NCBI GenBank assembly: GCA_951406725.2
Contig: OX597820.1
Coordinates: forward strand, 18,104,001-18,168,000
Direction of reading: 5' to 3'
Length of the DNA: 64,000 nucleotides
Source: Octopus vulgaris
Taxonomy: Eukaryota
In this document: one piece after another, positions 11,905 to 25,589 of the stretch
How positions within the stretch are numbered: position 1 is the stretch's first letter
Layout of the letters: the number at the start of each line of letters is the position of its first letter
Made by a program: the position numbers and the translations under genes
The notes under the pieces: generated by a model
Database searches by the model: none
Told to the model about the DNA's origin: nothing
What the model saw: the letters and a program-made list of their open reading frames with translations, nothing else

Positions 11905-12419
11905 TGTACATTTAATTAAGTATTGCAATTTAATTAATTATAAGATGGTGGTAATGGAGTAATGGAGAGATTAATGTAGACAGGATTGAGGGAGGAACAA
12001 TGGATGGAATAGGGAACAGACATGGGATCTATGTCAGAAGAACAAAGTGCTGGGGTTGACAAGGTGGGTTGTGAAGGGTGTTCCAAGGTTAAAACCACAT
12101 TATAAGGGTGAGCATGAATAGAAGATGTCAAGGAAATGCAACATGGAAGAGAGAGAGAGAGAGCAAGAGGGAGATGGGAAGGGGGAGAGAGGGGGAGGGA
12201 GAAAGTTATAGAGAGTGGGGAGAGGTGCTAAGGATCAGGTGAGAGTCGTTGAAGATAAGAGAAGTGTAAGGGAGTGACAGTGAGAGAAAACGAGGCAGAG
12301 GGGTGTGGGGGTGCTGTGAAGGAGAGGAGTGAGGCCAAGAAGGAAAAGAAAGGCTGATAGGCACTATGTGTGTGTGTGTGGGGGGCAGGTATATGTGTGT
12401 GTGTGTGTGTGTATGTAAA

Positions 12420-12629
12420 CAATTACAACATGGAAGGTGTTTATAAGCCATTTAAAAACGCATAAAAGCCATTAGATTTACTTCAACATTTAAATTTAAT
12501 TTGTCAAAATATGTTCATCACTTTGAAACCGCGACCTGTTCACTGACAAAATTCCGTGCTGTTGACATGAATCTAACGGTTTCCATGTGATTTTAAATGG
12601 CTTATAAATCACCTTTCACTCTGCAATTG
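12420..12629 (-). mobile_element. Fold-back element with G3-C8 hammerhead-like motif (12501-12549, minus)
   Basis: Arms 12420-12478 / 12571-12629; minus strand TTGTCA-GTGAACA-G-GTCGC..GTGAT-GAAC-ATATTT-TGACAA with a perfect 6-bp stem I. Confidence 0.65.
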
Positions 12630-12687
12630 GTTTTGTTTCAGCCCACGATCTAAGATCAGGTCACTTGCTATGCAAGTACATCTCCGC

Positions 12688-12951
12688 CTGACTGGCATCC
12701 GTGTCGGTGACATGTAAAAGCACCAACCGATCACGGCCGTTTGCCAGCCTGCAGTGGCCCCTGTGCCGGTGGCACATAAAAAATACCCACTACACTCACG
12801 GAGTGGTTGGCGTTAGGAAGAGCATCCAGCTGTAGAAACACTGCCAAACCGGACTAGAGCCTGGTGCAGCCTCCATGGCTTACCAGACCCCAGTCGAAAC
12901 GTCCAACCCATGCTAGCATGGAAAACGGACGTTAAATGATGATGATGATGA
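12688..12951 (+). mobile_element. RTE 3' UTR fragment
   Basis: Matches 54290-54573. Confidence 0.85.
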
Positions 12952-13181
12952 TTATACACATATATATGTATATACGTATATACGTATATGTATGCATATG
13001 TATAAGATATATATATGTAATATATATAGACATACGAAATGCCATTAAGCGTTTTGTCCGGCATGCTAACGATTCTGCCAGCTTGCTGCCTTCATCTTGT
13101 TCATTACATTGAAATGAAAGATATAATAGTCAGCAGTACCTCAGTAATCTGTTGAACTGACAAAATCCACTTCCACCCAGC

Positions 13182-13229
<48 letters not shown>

Positions 13230-13369
13230 CGCACATATACATATATATACAAACATATACACATGCATGCTTACATACACATACACATGTGTTTGTGTGT
13301 GCATGAAAGAAAAACAATCTCCCATGAACTGATAGCTGATACATTTTGGTGCTTTTTGACACTATATTT

Positions 13370-14090
13370 TTATCTATATGAGATGCTTTCTCAAAACAAA
13401 TACCACAGTTTTCTAGGCTTTCTACAATATATCCACATTAAGTAATATATACAGAATGCTATTTTGAACTAATACTCCTTCCATCACTAATAACATATTT
13501 TTACTGAGACTGCCAGTTATTTGCATCACCAGTGATTTGCTAATCACTGTTTTTCTATATCAATAGAACCAATATTTATTTAAGCATGCAGTTGATAATG
13601 GATACCTACTACTGATGAGGCTCAAAGATACAGAAATCTAGGTTTAGCAATTCCACCAATGCTGCTAAATGATTTTCATCCGCTACTGATACGTATCATT
13701 GCATTTTTAGCTCTATATGTCTATATGAGATGCTTTTCCAAAAGGAATACTGCAGTTTTCTGGGCTTTCTACAGCATGTCCATGTTAAGTAAGATATACA
13801 GAATGCTATTTTTACTGAGCCTGCTGAATATTTGCAACACCAGGGATTTGTTAATCACCATTTTTCTATAACAATAGAAATAACAGTTTAAGTGTACAAC
13901 TGCTGCAGATAATGAGCAAAGAGGTGGAAGTCAAAATTTAACAATTCTGTCATTGTTGTTTGCTTTTCATCTTATAATGGTACACTTCTATATTATACAT
14001 CTATATGAGATGCTTTCTTGAGACAAATTCCACCATTCCGTGGCTTTCTTACAGTATATACATGTTAAGTCAGATATATAGAATGCTAAG
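13370..14090 (+). repeat. Old diverged tandem repeat, 3 units (periods ~348 and ~280 bp)
   Basis: TCTATATGAGATGCTTT...TTAAGT...AGAATGCTA recurs at ~13372, 13720 and 14000. Confidence 0.75.
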
Positions 14091-15129
14091 ATGTATCATT
14101 TTGTTTCCTGGTGACACGTGTTGTAGCTGGTGTCAATGAATTATTACTTGCCATCAATAGAGGACAATTTTATGTGTTAAAGGCAATGAAGGACAATTTT
14201 CTAGGGTTTGAGCATTATTTTTATGTTATTTAATCTATTGTTCTTTTTTATCATTTGCATGGCAACATCACTTTCTGTAATTACTTGAAGGTGTTTGGTA
14301 TATAACATGATGATGGCCATTTCGTGAATGCTTAAATATCTAGTGTTAATATCACAGTAAAATGTTCCTCTATAAATCTGCTTTATTGTTTATTTTCATA
14401 AGCCTATTTGATTCCATAAATGAGATAGAAGAACGACTGAGGTTGTAACAGCCTGGTAAGGCAATCATATGATAAAGATGACAAAGATGGGAAAGGCAGC
14501 AGTGGAGATGATGATAACAGCAGCAACGAAGATGATGAAGACCACAAAGATGTCGATGAAAGCCTTAGTGATGAAACATTTATAGTTTGCAGAAAATGTT
14601 CTGTTTGCCAATCTGAAAGTGATGTCAAAGGGCAAATTCAGTTACAGCAGATAATAAAAGCATATTATCTCAGGTTTAGAAAACATCCACTAATAGAAGA
14701 TTATAAAAGCATGTTATCTCAGTGCTACAAAATCATTCTTGCTGGTTTCAGTCCAAGTGCATTATGGGATAGTTTCACTAAAGGCTTACAGCCTATTTGC
14801 AATGAATACAGAAAGATTCCAGAAAGATTCGATTTTATTATTCAAATCACAAGTGTAAAATCTGAATTTATTTACAAATGGCTGGCTGCCATCTTTTAAA
14901 TTAATCCTCATCATTTGTTAAAACTTGCTTGGACATTCTTAACCTGCACATGCCCTTCTGTATTAGTTGAATGAGGTCTTTGGGAAGGCTTTCAGTGTCT
15001 CTGATGAGTTGATCTGCATATTTTGGGTTTGGATGACCTGCTTAGGTACAGACATGGTTTAGCATCTGAAAAATGCGGCTCAAAGATTCTGGATTCTCAA
15101 GGTCCAGAGCAACTCACAGAAGGTCCTCA

Positions 15130-15425
15130 ACTTCTTGTCTTGAGACAGCATTCATCCGGGGTGGGTTGAGCTGGCTTCATTCATCCTCAATGCTGCATCT
15201 CTCACAAATGCCAACCAGACCTGGCGATTTAAGGCTAATGACCACATGACCTCCAGCCACTCCTTATTCCAGTGGCGAGTGCCATAGATATGGGGGCCTA
15301 GGCTGGGTTCCAAGATCAGCCTTGACTGTCATCAGCCAGGTTTTTCGCTGTCCACCACATCGCTTTCACCAACCCTGAAGAGGAGCTGGGGCAATTGCTT
15401 CATAGATGAATTCTCCTGGTTATCA
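15130..15425 (-). mobile_element. Second RTE-clade LINE 3' fragment
   Basis: GW*KRCGGQRKTW and NRQVWLAFVRDA motifs followed by a caagacaagaag tail. Confidence 0.65.
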
Positions 15426-15472
15426 ACCAGGAGCCCTCAACTAGCTTATGGAAAATTATTTCCAGGCCAGAT

Positions 15473-15666
15473 TTCAGTCATTTGACTGTGGCCATGCTGG
15501 AGCACCACCTTTAGTCGAGCAAATCGACCCCGGGACTTATTCTTTGTAAGCCCAGTACTTATTCTATCGATCTCTTTTGCCGAACCACTAAGTTACAAGG
15601 ATGTAAACACACCAGTATTGATTGTCAAGCAATGCTAGGGGGACAAACATAGACACACAAACACAT

Positions 15667-15713
<47 letters not shown>

Positions 15714-15881
15714 TACGACAGGCTTCTTTTCAGTTTCTGTCTACCAAATCCACTCACAAGGCATTGGTTGGCCCGGGGCTATAGCAGAAGACACTTGCCC
15801 AAGATGCCACGCAGTAGGACTGAACCCGGAACCATGTGGTTGGTTAGCAAGCTACTTACCACACAGCCACTCCTGCGCCTA
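15473..15881 (-). mobile_element. SINE family A
   Basis: Full head-to-tail match to the family. Confidence 0.9.
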
Positions 15882-15924
15882 TGTACTTGTACAATATATC
15901 ATAACAAATCAGCCATTTGGCTTT

Positions 15925-16430
15925 TACCATTCGAGTGTGGCTGATACCAGTGCCACCTGACTGGCACCCATGTTGGTGGCATGTAAAAAGCACCATTTGA
16001 GTGTGGCCAATGCCAGTTCTGTACAACTGGCACCCATGCAGGTGGCATGTAAAAAGCACCATTTGAGTGTGACTGATGCCAGTTCCACCTGACTGGCACT
16101 CATGCCAGTGACACGTAAAAAGCTCCATCCGAGTGTGGTCAATGCCAGTGCTGCACGACTGGCACCTGTGCAAGTGGCATTTAGGAAGCACCACTTGAAC
16201 ATGGCCAATGCCAGTACCATCTGTCTGATTCCTGGGCCGGTGGCACATAAAAGGCACCGACTACACTCTCAGAGTGGTTGGCATTAGGAAGGGCATCCGG
16301 CTGTAGAAACCTTGCCAAATCAGATTGGTACCTTGTACAGCCTTCCAGTTTGCCAGTTCTGAATCAAACCATCCAACCCATGCCAACGTGGAAACCAGAT
16401 GTTAAACGATGATGATGATGATGACGATGA
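15925..16430 (+). mobile_element. RTE 3' UTR with 66-bp tandem array (x5)
   Basis: AAAAGCACC-like motif at ~15986, 16052, 16118, 16184 and 16249, then the GGAAGGGCATCC module and (GAT)n. Confidence 0.85.
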
Positions 16431-16750
16431 TATATTTCAGGAATTTGAAAATTTGACAATCAAGCCATGTTTGAGCTATGCAAGCATGAAAAAGCAGACG
16501 TTAAAATGATGATAATAACAATGATAATGATGATGATGTTGATGATGCTGATGATGACAATGATGATGATTCAGCCTCTAGTGAGGTTAATTTAGCTTTG
16601 CATCTCCTTATTGTACCTGTAACGTATTGGGATGAATAGAACAATTTATGGACTGAAAGAATGACATTTGAGTTGGAGACAAACAGAAACAACTCAATAG
16701 CTAGAGGCTTTCTAACTTACCTACACACAAACACAAACTCAACTATCTTT

Positions 16751-16799
<49 letters not shown>

Positions 16800-16817
16800 T
16801 TATTTATTATCTATCAA

Positions 16818-16870
<53 letters not shown>

Positions 16871-17222
16871 TCATCATCATCATCATCATCATCATTTAAC
16901 GTCCGCTTTCCATGCTAGCATGGGTTGGACGGTTCAACTGGGGTCTGGGGAGCCCGAAAGCTGCACCAGTCCAGTCATATATATATATATATATATATAT
17001 CTTGCTAACTATCTACGTTTCTATCTCTCTCTCTCTCTCTGTCTATCTATCTCTCCATCTCTCTCTCTCTCTATCTCTTTGTCTATCTCTCTCTCTCTCC
17101 CTCTCTCTCGCTATCTATCTATCTATCTAACTATCTGTCAGTCTATTTGTCTGCCTATTTCTCTCTTTCTCTCTCTCTCTCTGTCTTTGTCTGTCTCCCC
17201 GCTCTCTCTCTATATATATATA

Positions 17223-17430
17223 TAGTAATCCCTCACCATATTGCGGTTCATTATTTAAGCTTACATTGATTCCTCCGAGGTGTTGTTGTGCTTTTATAAT
17301 AAAATAAAAATATACAATTTATAAAAGGAATTTAAAAAAAATATACAGTACAGCACTGTTTCAACTTTGTGGATTTTCACCTATTGCAGGGGTTTTTTGG
17401 AATGTAACACCCACAATAGTCGAGAGATTA

Positions 17431-17433
<3 letters not shown>
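17223..17433. mobile_element. pogo/Tigger-like MITE
   Basis: Imperfect TIRs (T)AGTAATCCCTC / GAGAGATTACTG within TA-rich flanks. Confidence 0.55.
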
Positions 17434-17460
<27 letters not shown>

Positions 17461-17461
<1 letters not shown>

Positions 17462-17745
17462 AAAAGGAAATGAAGAAAAATGCTGACAAAATAATTTAAG
17501 TAAGGGAGAGTGTATTTAATTAGGTGAAAGTTCTTTTTACCGGTTGCGCATTTGTTATGCTTATCAAAAGATATTTTTTTAAGAGAGATAGAGTTCCTTT
17601 CTGATAGAGAAACTCTATCTCTCTTAAAAAAATATCTTTTGATAAGCATAACAAATGCGCAACTGGTAAAAAGAACTTTCACCTAATTAAATACACTCTC
17701 CCTTACTTAAATTATTTTGTCAGCATTTTCTTCATTTCCTTTTTT
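17461..17745. mobile_element. Near-perfect ~140-bp-arm palindrome with U3-A8 hammerhead-like motif
   Basis: Arms meet at ~17600 with a ~5-nt loop; TTGATAA-GCAT-AACAA-ATGC-GCAA-C(C/T)GGTA in both arms. Confidence 0.8.
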
Positions 17746-17780
17746 TATATGTCACAACTCGTGTTCCACATCTCCTTTTT

Positions 17781-17830
<50 letters not shown>

Positions 17831-17887
17831 TATACATAATTAGATAGATAGAGAGATATAGATATATAGATATGCAATATAATGTAT

Positions 17888-18142
17888 CATCATCATCATT
17901 TAGTGTCCGCTTTCCATGCTAGCATGGGTTGGACGGTTCAACTGGGGTCTGTGAAGCCGGAAGGCTGCATCAGGCTCAGTCTGATCTGGCAGTGTTTCTA
18001 CGGCTGGATGCCCTTCCTAACGCCAACCACTCCGTGAGTGTAGTGGGTGCTTTTTACGTGCCACCCGCACAGGTGCCAGACGGAGCTGGCATACAGCCAC
18101 GAATGGATGGGGCTTTTACGTGCCACCAGCACGGGGGCCAGA
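17888..18142 (-). mobile_element. RTE 3' UTR fragment
   Basis: Family match; a shorter piece is at 16868-16977. Confidence 0.85.
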
Positions 18143-18174
18143 TATATATGTAATATTTTTTCCTCTCTTCTATT

Positions 18175-19189
18175 ATTTGTTTCAGTCACTGAACTGTGAC
18201 CATGCTGGGGCACTGTCTTGGAGGGATTAATTAAACAAATTGTCCCCCATATATATATTTTTTAAGTCTTGTACTTATTCTATTCCTTTGTGGATGCACA
18301 ACATGACGGGGATGTAAACAAACCAACACCAGTTTTGAGGCAGTGGAAGGGAACAAACACAGCAGAAACACACACTCACACACACACACATACACATAAG
18401 ATGGGGTTCCTCACAATTTCTGTTAACCAAACTTCCTCACAAAGCATTGGTCAGCCCGGGGCTGTAATAGAAGATATTTGCCTAAGATGCCATGCTGTGG
18501 GACTGAACCTGAAATCTCAAGCCTGGAAAGCAAGCTTCTTAACCACACGGCCATAGTTGCACCTATAAAAACTAGCGTGTAAAGCAGTGGTGGGAGGTTG
18601 GAATATAAATAACTAACCGCCTCTCTGTCAAATATGATGATGAGGGTTCCTGTTGATCTGATCAGTGGAACAGCCTTCTTGTGATATTAACATACAAGTG
18701 GCTGAGTACTCCACAGACATTCCACAGACACACGTAGTTCTCAGGGAGATTCAGCATGACACAGAACGTGACAAGGTTGGACCCTTTGAATTACAGGTAC
18801 CACTTAGTTTTGCCAAAAGAACCTTGCTCAAACATACACTACATCACTGGGAATTGAACTCAAGGCCTTACAATCATAAGCTGAATACCCTGACCACTAA
18901 GCCATGGGCCTTCACTTGTGTTTCTATGTTCTTTTATTTGTTTCAGTCATTTGACTGTAGCCATGCTGGAGCACCGCCTTTAGTCGAACAATTCGACCCC
19001 AGGATTTATTCTTTGTAAGCCTAGTACTTATTCCATCAGTCTCTTTTGTTGGATTGCTAAGTTACGGGAACATAAACACACCAGCATCGGTTGTCAAGCG
19101 ATGAGTGGGGGTGGGGGGCAAACACAGACACACAAATACATATACATAGGTCTCATTCATTCTTTTGTTGTCATGTTATTATAATATAT

Positions 19190-19232
<43 letters not shown>

Positions 19233-19401
19233 CATATATATGATGAACTTCTTTCAGTTTCCATCTACCAAATCCACTCAGAAGGTTTTGGTCGGCCCGA
19301 GGCTATAGTAGAAGACACTTGCCCAAGGTGCCACACAGTGGGACTGAACCCGGAACTATGTGGTTTGTAAGTAAGCTACTTACCAGACAGCCACACCTAC
19401 G

Positions 19402-19405
<4 letters not shown>
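18175..19405 (-). mobile_element. SINE cluster: family A (18175-18565, 18935-19405) and a tRNA-CORE-like SINE (18630-18915)
   Basis: tRNA heads with A/B boxes on the minus strand. Confidence 0.8.
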
Positions 19406-19445
<40 letters not shown>

Positions 19446-19456
19446 CATGTATATAT

Positions 19457-19497
<41 letters not shown>

Positions 19498-20494
19498 CAT
19501 GTATATATATACACACACATACATATATATATACACACACATATATATATATATATATATACATATACATACACACACACACACGCACACATACATACAT
19601 ACATACGCACACATTATGTGTATATGTGTGTGTGTATATGTGTGTGTGTATATATAAACGAATAGGAACACATCTCTTATTTACCAGTTAAAAGTCTGGT
19701 TCCATCTTGCATAATCTTAAGCCTGAACTAGTAAAATACATTAATTTATAAATCCAAGACATTAATTCATGCTTATCTGAAAGAAACGGCATGAACCAAC
19801 AAGTTCAGTTTTGAAATAAACAGAGTTCTTTTTTTTTTTTTTTTCAATAGCTTAAGGATTCATGAATATTTATCCAACGTCTAAAGCAATCTATGCCATT
19901 GTTCTGCAGCAGTGTCTGTAGAAAGTTTCTGGCTTTGTTGAAGAATTTCCTAATAAACTAAAGTCTGTATGGTTATTATTGTCATTGTATGGTCATAGTT
20001 ATCTTTGCTTCAACAGACATCTAGTACTGGAAATGTTAGGATTTAATCTAATCGAGGACCACTTTGATCACACCTTCAGGTGGCGTTTGTTTGTGTGAAG
20101 TGTAGTGCCACTATAGAGGAACATTCCACTCAATTTGCAGATTTCTATGTTCTATATATTTATTTATTTATGCGTTTGTTTTTAATGCTTTTGGAAGCTG
20201 TGTGGAGGAACACAAGACACAGTAACTGAGTTGCTGCGATGCAGAACTATTAACTCAAATGTTTGAGATTTTCTTCTAACGTTACATCATCTCCTTTAAG
20301 GAAGGCTCTGTAGTATATGACGTACGTATGCTTGCATGTATGCTTGCATACATTACTTTTGATAATGCTGTGTGCTAGGTATACCAGTTCTCTTTTGTTT
20401 TTTGTTTTTTCTAATTCATTCCATTCTATGAAAATCTCCTCAATCAATATCTGTCTTTGTATTGTCCCTTCATTTATCGATCTGGTGGCAAATA

Positions 20495-20498
20495 CTAT

Positions 20499-20554
<56 letters not shown>

Positions 20555-20555
20555 A

Positions 20556-20634
<79 letters not shown>

Positions 20635-20689
20635 ATGGCTGCTGCTGCTGCTGCTGCTACTACTACTACTGCTACCGCTGCTGCTGCCG

Positions 20690-20754
<65 letters not shown>

Positions 20755-20765
20755 GCTGCTGCTAC
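20495..20765. repeat. (ACT)n/(GCT)n microsatellite
   Basis: Visible directly. Confidence 0.95.
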
Positions 20766-20769
20766 TACA

Positions 20770-20969
20770 CTTTACTCTCTTTTACTTGTTTCAGTCATTT
20801 TACCGCCTTTAGTCGAGCAAATCAATCGACCCCAGGACTTATTCTTTGTAAGCCTAGTACTTATTCTATCGGTCTCTTTTGTCAAACCGCTAAGTTATGG
20901 GAATGCAAACACACCAGCATCGGTTGTCAAGCAATGTTGGTGGGGACAAAGACAGACACACAAACATAT

Positions 20970-21016
<47 letters not shown>

Positions 21017-21156
21017 CACAACAGGCTTCTTTCAATTTTTGTCTACCAAATCCAATCACAAGGCTTTGGTCGGCCCGAGGTGCCACACAGTAGGAATGAA
21101 CCCTGAACCATACGGTTGGTAAGCAAGTTACTTACCACACAGCCACTCCTGCACCT
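20770..21156 (-). mobile_element. SINE family A
   Basis: Family match with an internal deletion. Confidence 0.85.
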
Positions 21157-21235
21157 ACTACTACTACTTCTACTACTACTACTACTACTAATAATAATAA
21201 TAATAATAATAATAATGATGATTATAATAATAATA

Positions 21236-21427
21236 AATGGCCTGATGCAATACCAGACAGTGCTCTCATGGCTTCTGATCTTAACTGAGTGGAAGTGTTA
21301 TCATTGATTTGTATTTGTATAAAAGATGGGCTACACCAAATATTCAGCTCAATACCACAGATTTGCTTGTCAGTTGCTTGACCTTAACCAGTTGAGCATG
21401 TCCCTTAGTGGCTGACGATATGTGCAT
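21236..21427 (+). mobile_element. Partial copy of the (AAT)n-embedded ~555-bp element
   Basis: Matches 31857-32055. Confidence 0.85.
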
Positions 21428-21439
21428 ATTATTGTTGTT

Positions 21440-23400
21440 GTTCTTCCTTCTTTTTTCAAATTTTCTTCCATTTCTCGCCAAGTGCTTTCCGTACACCTAG
21501 GGCAGAGAAGCTCATTGTATGCATTCCTAGATTACACATGCAAAGTCACAGGTAAAATATGTATTTAAAAAAATTAATAAATAAATAAATTCATGGATGG
21601 ATGTTGTGTTCACAGTGATAATCCTCTTCTCAGTACATGAGTTGTTCCAGTTAACACGATTTTTTGCACTTCCTGTGGGGATGGTAAGCCTGGAATCATT
21701 TTCAAATAGGTTTCAGTGCCTTTTTTTTATCATTCCTAGAGATCCTACAATCATTGGTACTGTAGTCACCTTGAGATGCCACATTTTTTCAATTTCTATT
21801 AGCAAGTCTTTATATTTACTGATCTTGTCAAATTCTTTTGCCGCTATATTGTGATCGCAAGGAATACTCATGTCAATTAATAAACACACCTTTTTTGTCT
21901 GATCTTTTATAATAATATTGGGTTTATTATCTTTTATAGTTTTGTCGGTATGTACAGGGAAGTCTCAGAGAATCGACACATTTTCTCCCTTAGTCACAGC
22001 TTCAGGATGGTGTTTATTAATTGACATGAGTATTCCTTGCGATCACAAGTATTCCTTGCGAAGCCCTGAGCTTCGTAACCATTGATGTGTGTTTTTCTGG
22101 CCGACTGGCCACATACTTGCCATGCAGAGGGTTTCTGTTCCCATCTGCAAGCTAATTTTTCATGTGCTTTTGTCTTTGCAATTAATTTTATTTTCTTTGC
22201 AGCAGCAGTTGGCACATTTCCTTGAACCTGATCAATCTGATAGGTGTCTAAGAGATCAATTATTATCATTATTATTATTATTCAGTAGTTTTATTTTTAT
22301 TTTTATAGCGTGCTTTCACTTCACTACCGAGCGCAGCTCTGTGTGCCTTGGGTATGTGCTGTGATTTGTTGTGATGCTCTGATGGTTATTGTATGGAAAG
22401 TGTTCTGCGTAGGATGTGTGCAGTGCCTAGTAGTGCAATTTTCTGTATGTTATATGTGTTTGTAAGTTCCTTCCATATTTTATATGTATGTGTTGTTGTA
22501 TTTACATTTTTTGGGTAGAGTACTGCTGTGAAGTATGCGTGTAAGATAGAAATGTATTCCTCACGTGTCCATTTACGTCTTTTGGGTTTTATTATTATTA
22601 TTACTATTATTATTATTATTATTATTATTATTGTCATTTATTTTTAATTTGCATGATTGTTACAATCACTTGCCAAGACACACCCAGCATCCTTGGGTGA
22701 GTGAAGAATAAGTAATGATACAGTATGACTGAAAGCTTGGGGAGGGCAAGTAGCAGGGGCAGTAGCAAAATATCTTCATGTATTACAACACAGACATTTA
22801 AACTGATAGGATTTTTCTAAGGATGTGGACAGTACTTGTCAGCACAATCTTTTGAACTTCTCGGAGACATGATTCTCCAGAGATGTTATCTAGATGTTTA
22901 TGACATCCCTTCCTTATCATACCTAGGGCACCCACAATAACAGTTCTTGCTTTAAGATGCCACATCTTTTGTATTTCAATTTCCTGGTCCTTATAATTAC
23001 TTAATTTGTCAAATTCCTTTACAGATATATTTTTATCAGTGGGAAAACTTTCATCTGTTAGTCTACAAGTATTTTCTTCTATGTCTTTAACCCTTTCATT
23101 ACCAACCCGGCCGAAACCGGCTCTGGCTCTGAGTACAAATGCCTTGTTTTCATAAGTTTTGAATTAAAATCTTCAACCAAACCTTAGTCACAATTTATGT
23201 TTGTAACACTAACTGAATGATAACCAAGTTATTTTACTAAATTCTTTGTTATATTTAAAGTAATTCAAAGAAACACAGAGCATCTCAAAATAAATATGGT
23301 AACGAAAGGGTTAATGACTATGTCTAGTCAATTAGCCTGGATTATCCTGTCAGTGTTGACTGAAAAATCTATTAGTACTAGAGCATCCAAGCCAGAGAAA
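21440..23400 (-). mobile_element. Several R4/Dong-type RLE LINE 3' fragments separated by (TAT)n
   Basis: NKPNIIIKD...LLIDMSIP.DHNIAAKEFDKISKYKDL.IEIEKMWHLKVTTVPMIVGSLG and IQKIALLGTAHILRRTL on the minus strand. Confidence 0.8.
23087..23314. mobile_element. TTAA-flanked MITE nested in an RLE LINE fragment
   Basis: TTAACCCTTTC...GAAAGGGTTAA; LINE coding sequence continues on both sides. Confidence 0.85.
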
Positions 23401-23759
23401 AGGTACTATTTCTGGGACCAGGTGGAGTAGTTGCTTTAACATGTGTTAAAAAAAATCTGTAAATGTTCCAAAATATATATATATATACCCTAAACAATTG
23501 TTACAAAATATGTAAAAAAAAAATCATCAAAGATTTATGCAAAAAATAAAAATAAAAATAAAAATAGATAATAATAAGTAAAATTCAAATATAAACAAAA
23601 CATAACTGGTTGAAATTCTTCCAACAGGCTTTTGCTATCAAAATTCAAATAATGAGTACAAGGTATTTCATTCTTTTAAAAGAAATTTTCAAATAAAAAT
23701 GAAAATAAAAGATCATTTATTAGATAACTGGCATGAAAAATTTTGAATTGATTTTTGAG

Positions 23760-24125
<366 letters not shown>

Positions 24126-24862
24126 ACCACCAAATCGGCCCCCCTCCCCCACTGCATCATCATCGTTTTCACTATTATTATTATTATTTTAGTTTTCGTA
24201 GTTATACATAATTTATAAGGCAAGAAGCTCAAATATATGTTTACGACTTGCCAACATGGAAACGCCAAAAATGGTAATAAATATAACCAAAAACAAACAA
24301 ACAAACAAATAAACGAACAAATAAACAAACGAACAAAACAAAAAAGCTAATTAGAATATAAAGTGGTTGTCGAGAGTTCTATATTCTACTGTCTTGTGAG
24401 CAACGAGAAAACGAGATAGAGATGAATTCTTTGTATGAATGGCCCAGGCTATGTTTGTAGGTGCTAAAAGTCAATTCCTGATTGGTAGCAAGATCAGTGA
24501 CAGATTCAAGATCTGGTGTACTGATAAACATCTACCAATAGGCTATTATTAGTCTTCGGGTCCCTGAGACAATTATAACAAGAAAATTCCTTTCTATGCC
24601 GATGTTCCAATTTGCATTTTTAGAATCAGTGTTAAAGATCAGCAAAAAAAAGAAATTAGAAGTACCGAAGAACAACTTTCTCTATGAACTGGGTTATTTC
24701 ATTGTCTTATTGTATGTGTGTTTTTATTACTTTTTTTAGTGTTAAGTAGGATTTTTCAGTGCTCCTTGGAGAGAGATCTGTGTCAGCTTGTATTTGATGC
24801 ATACATACATTCGTAGATACATTTATATATACATACAGCCACACATACATATCATCATAGGT

Positions 24863-24949
24863 GCATATGCCCACAGGCATATGGCTTAGTGGTTAAGACT
24901 GCAGGCTACTAACCCCAAGATTCCAAGTTCGATTCTTCTTCTTCTTCTT

Positions 24950-25031
<82 letters not shown>

Positions 25032-25187
25032 TCACTGCCTGGAATCAAACTCGGAATCTTGGGGATAGTGGCCCGTGCTCTTAATCACTATGCCCATGGA
25101 TATATGATGTAGTGGTTAAGAATGCGGGCTACTAACCCCAAGATTCCAAGTTTGATTCCAGGCAGTGACCTGAATAATAATAATAAC

Positions 25188-25227
<40 letters not shown>

Positions 25228-25415
25228 TCGAAAGAAATCTTAGGAATGAGAACCCAGGTTCAAAATTTCCCCAAGACACCCGATGAAGGCTGAAAGGTAT
25301 ATCAACTGAAACGTTTTGTTAACAACAAACAAGATGAGGACAAATATCCGTCAAATATAAATAATGTAAATAGCGTAAATAATGTACGTAATTCCTTAAC
25401 TCTTAAATAGAACTG
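24863..25415 (+). mobile_element. Composite tRNA-head/hammerhead SINE locus: head (+), head (-), full copy (+)
   Basis: Heads at 24875-24935 (+), 25025-25095 (-) and 25097-25172 (+); CCGATGA at 25280 and GAAACGTT at 25308-25315. Confidence 0.8.
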
Positions 25416-25589
25416 TATTAAATTAAACTCATAGAAAAACATACATACACACTTATGTACATACATATATACGTACGTATGTACATACATATATGTACTC
25501 TTAAGTGAGACAGTTATGCTAGACTGGCATAACCATAGCCTATGCCAGTGTAGCATAACCAGCCCACTTAAGGGCACCCTTCAATCATT

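Noticed and set aside
11934-12135. Possible Penelope RT fragment (FLD motif on the minus strand)
   Set aside because: A three-residue match followed by stops is insufficient.
15925-16260. CRISPR-like periodic arrays (also 25650, 40489 and 53835)
   Set aside because: Whole units are homologous with no unique spacers, there are no cas genes, and they lie in an RTE 3' UTR.
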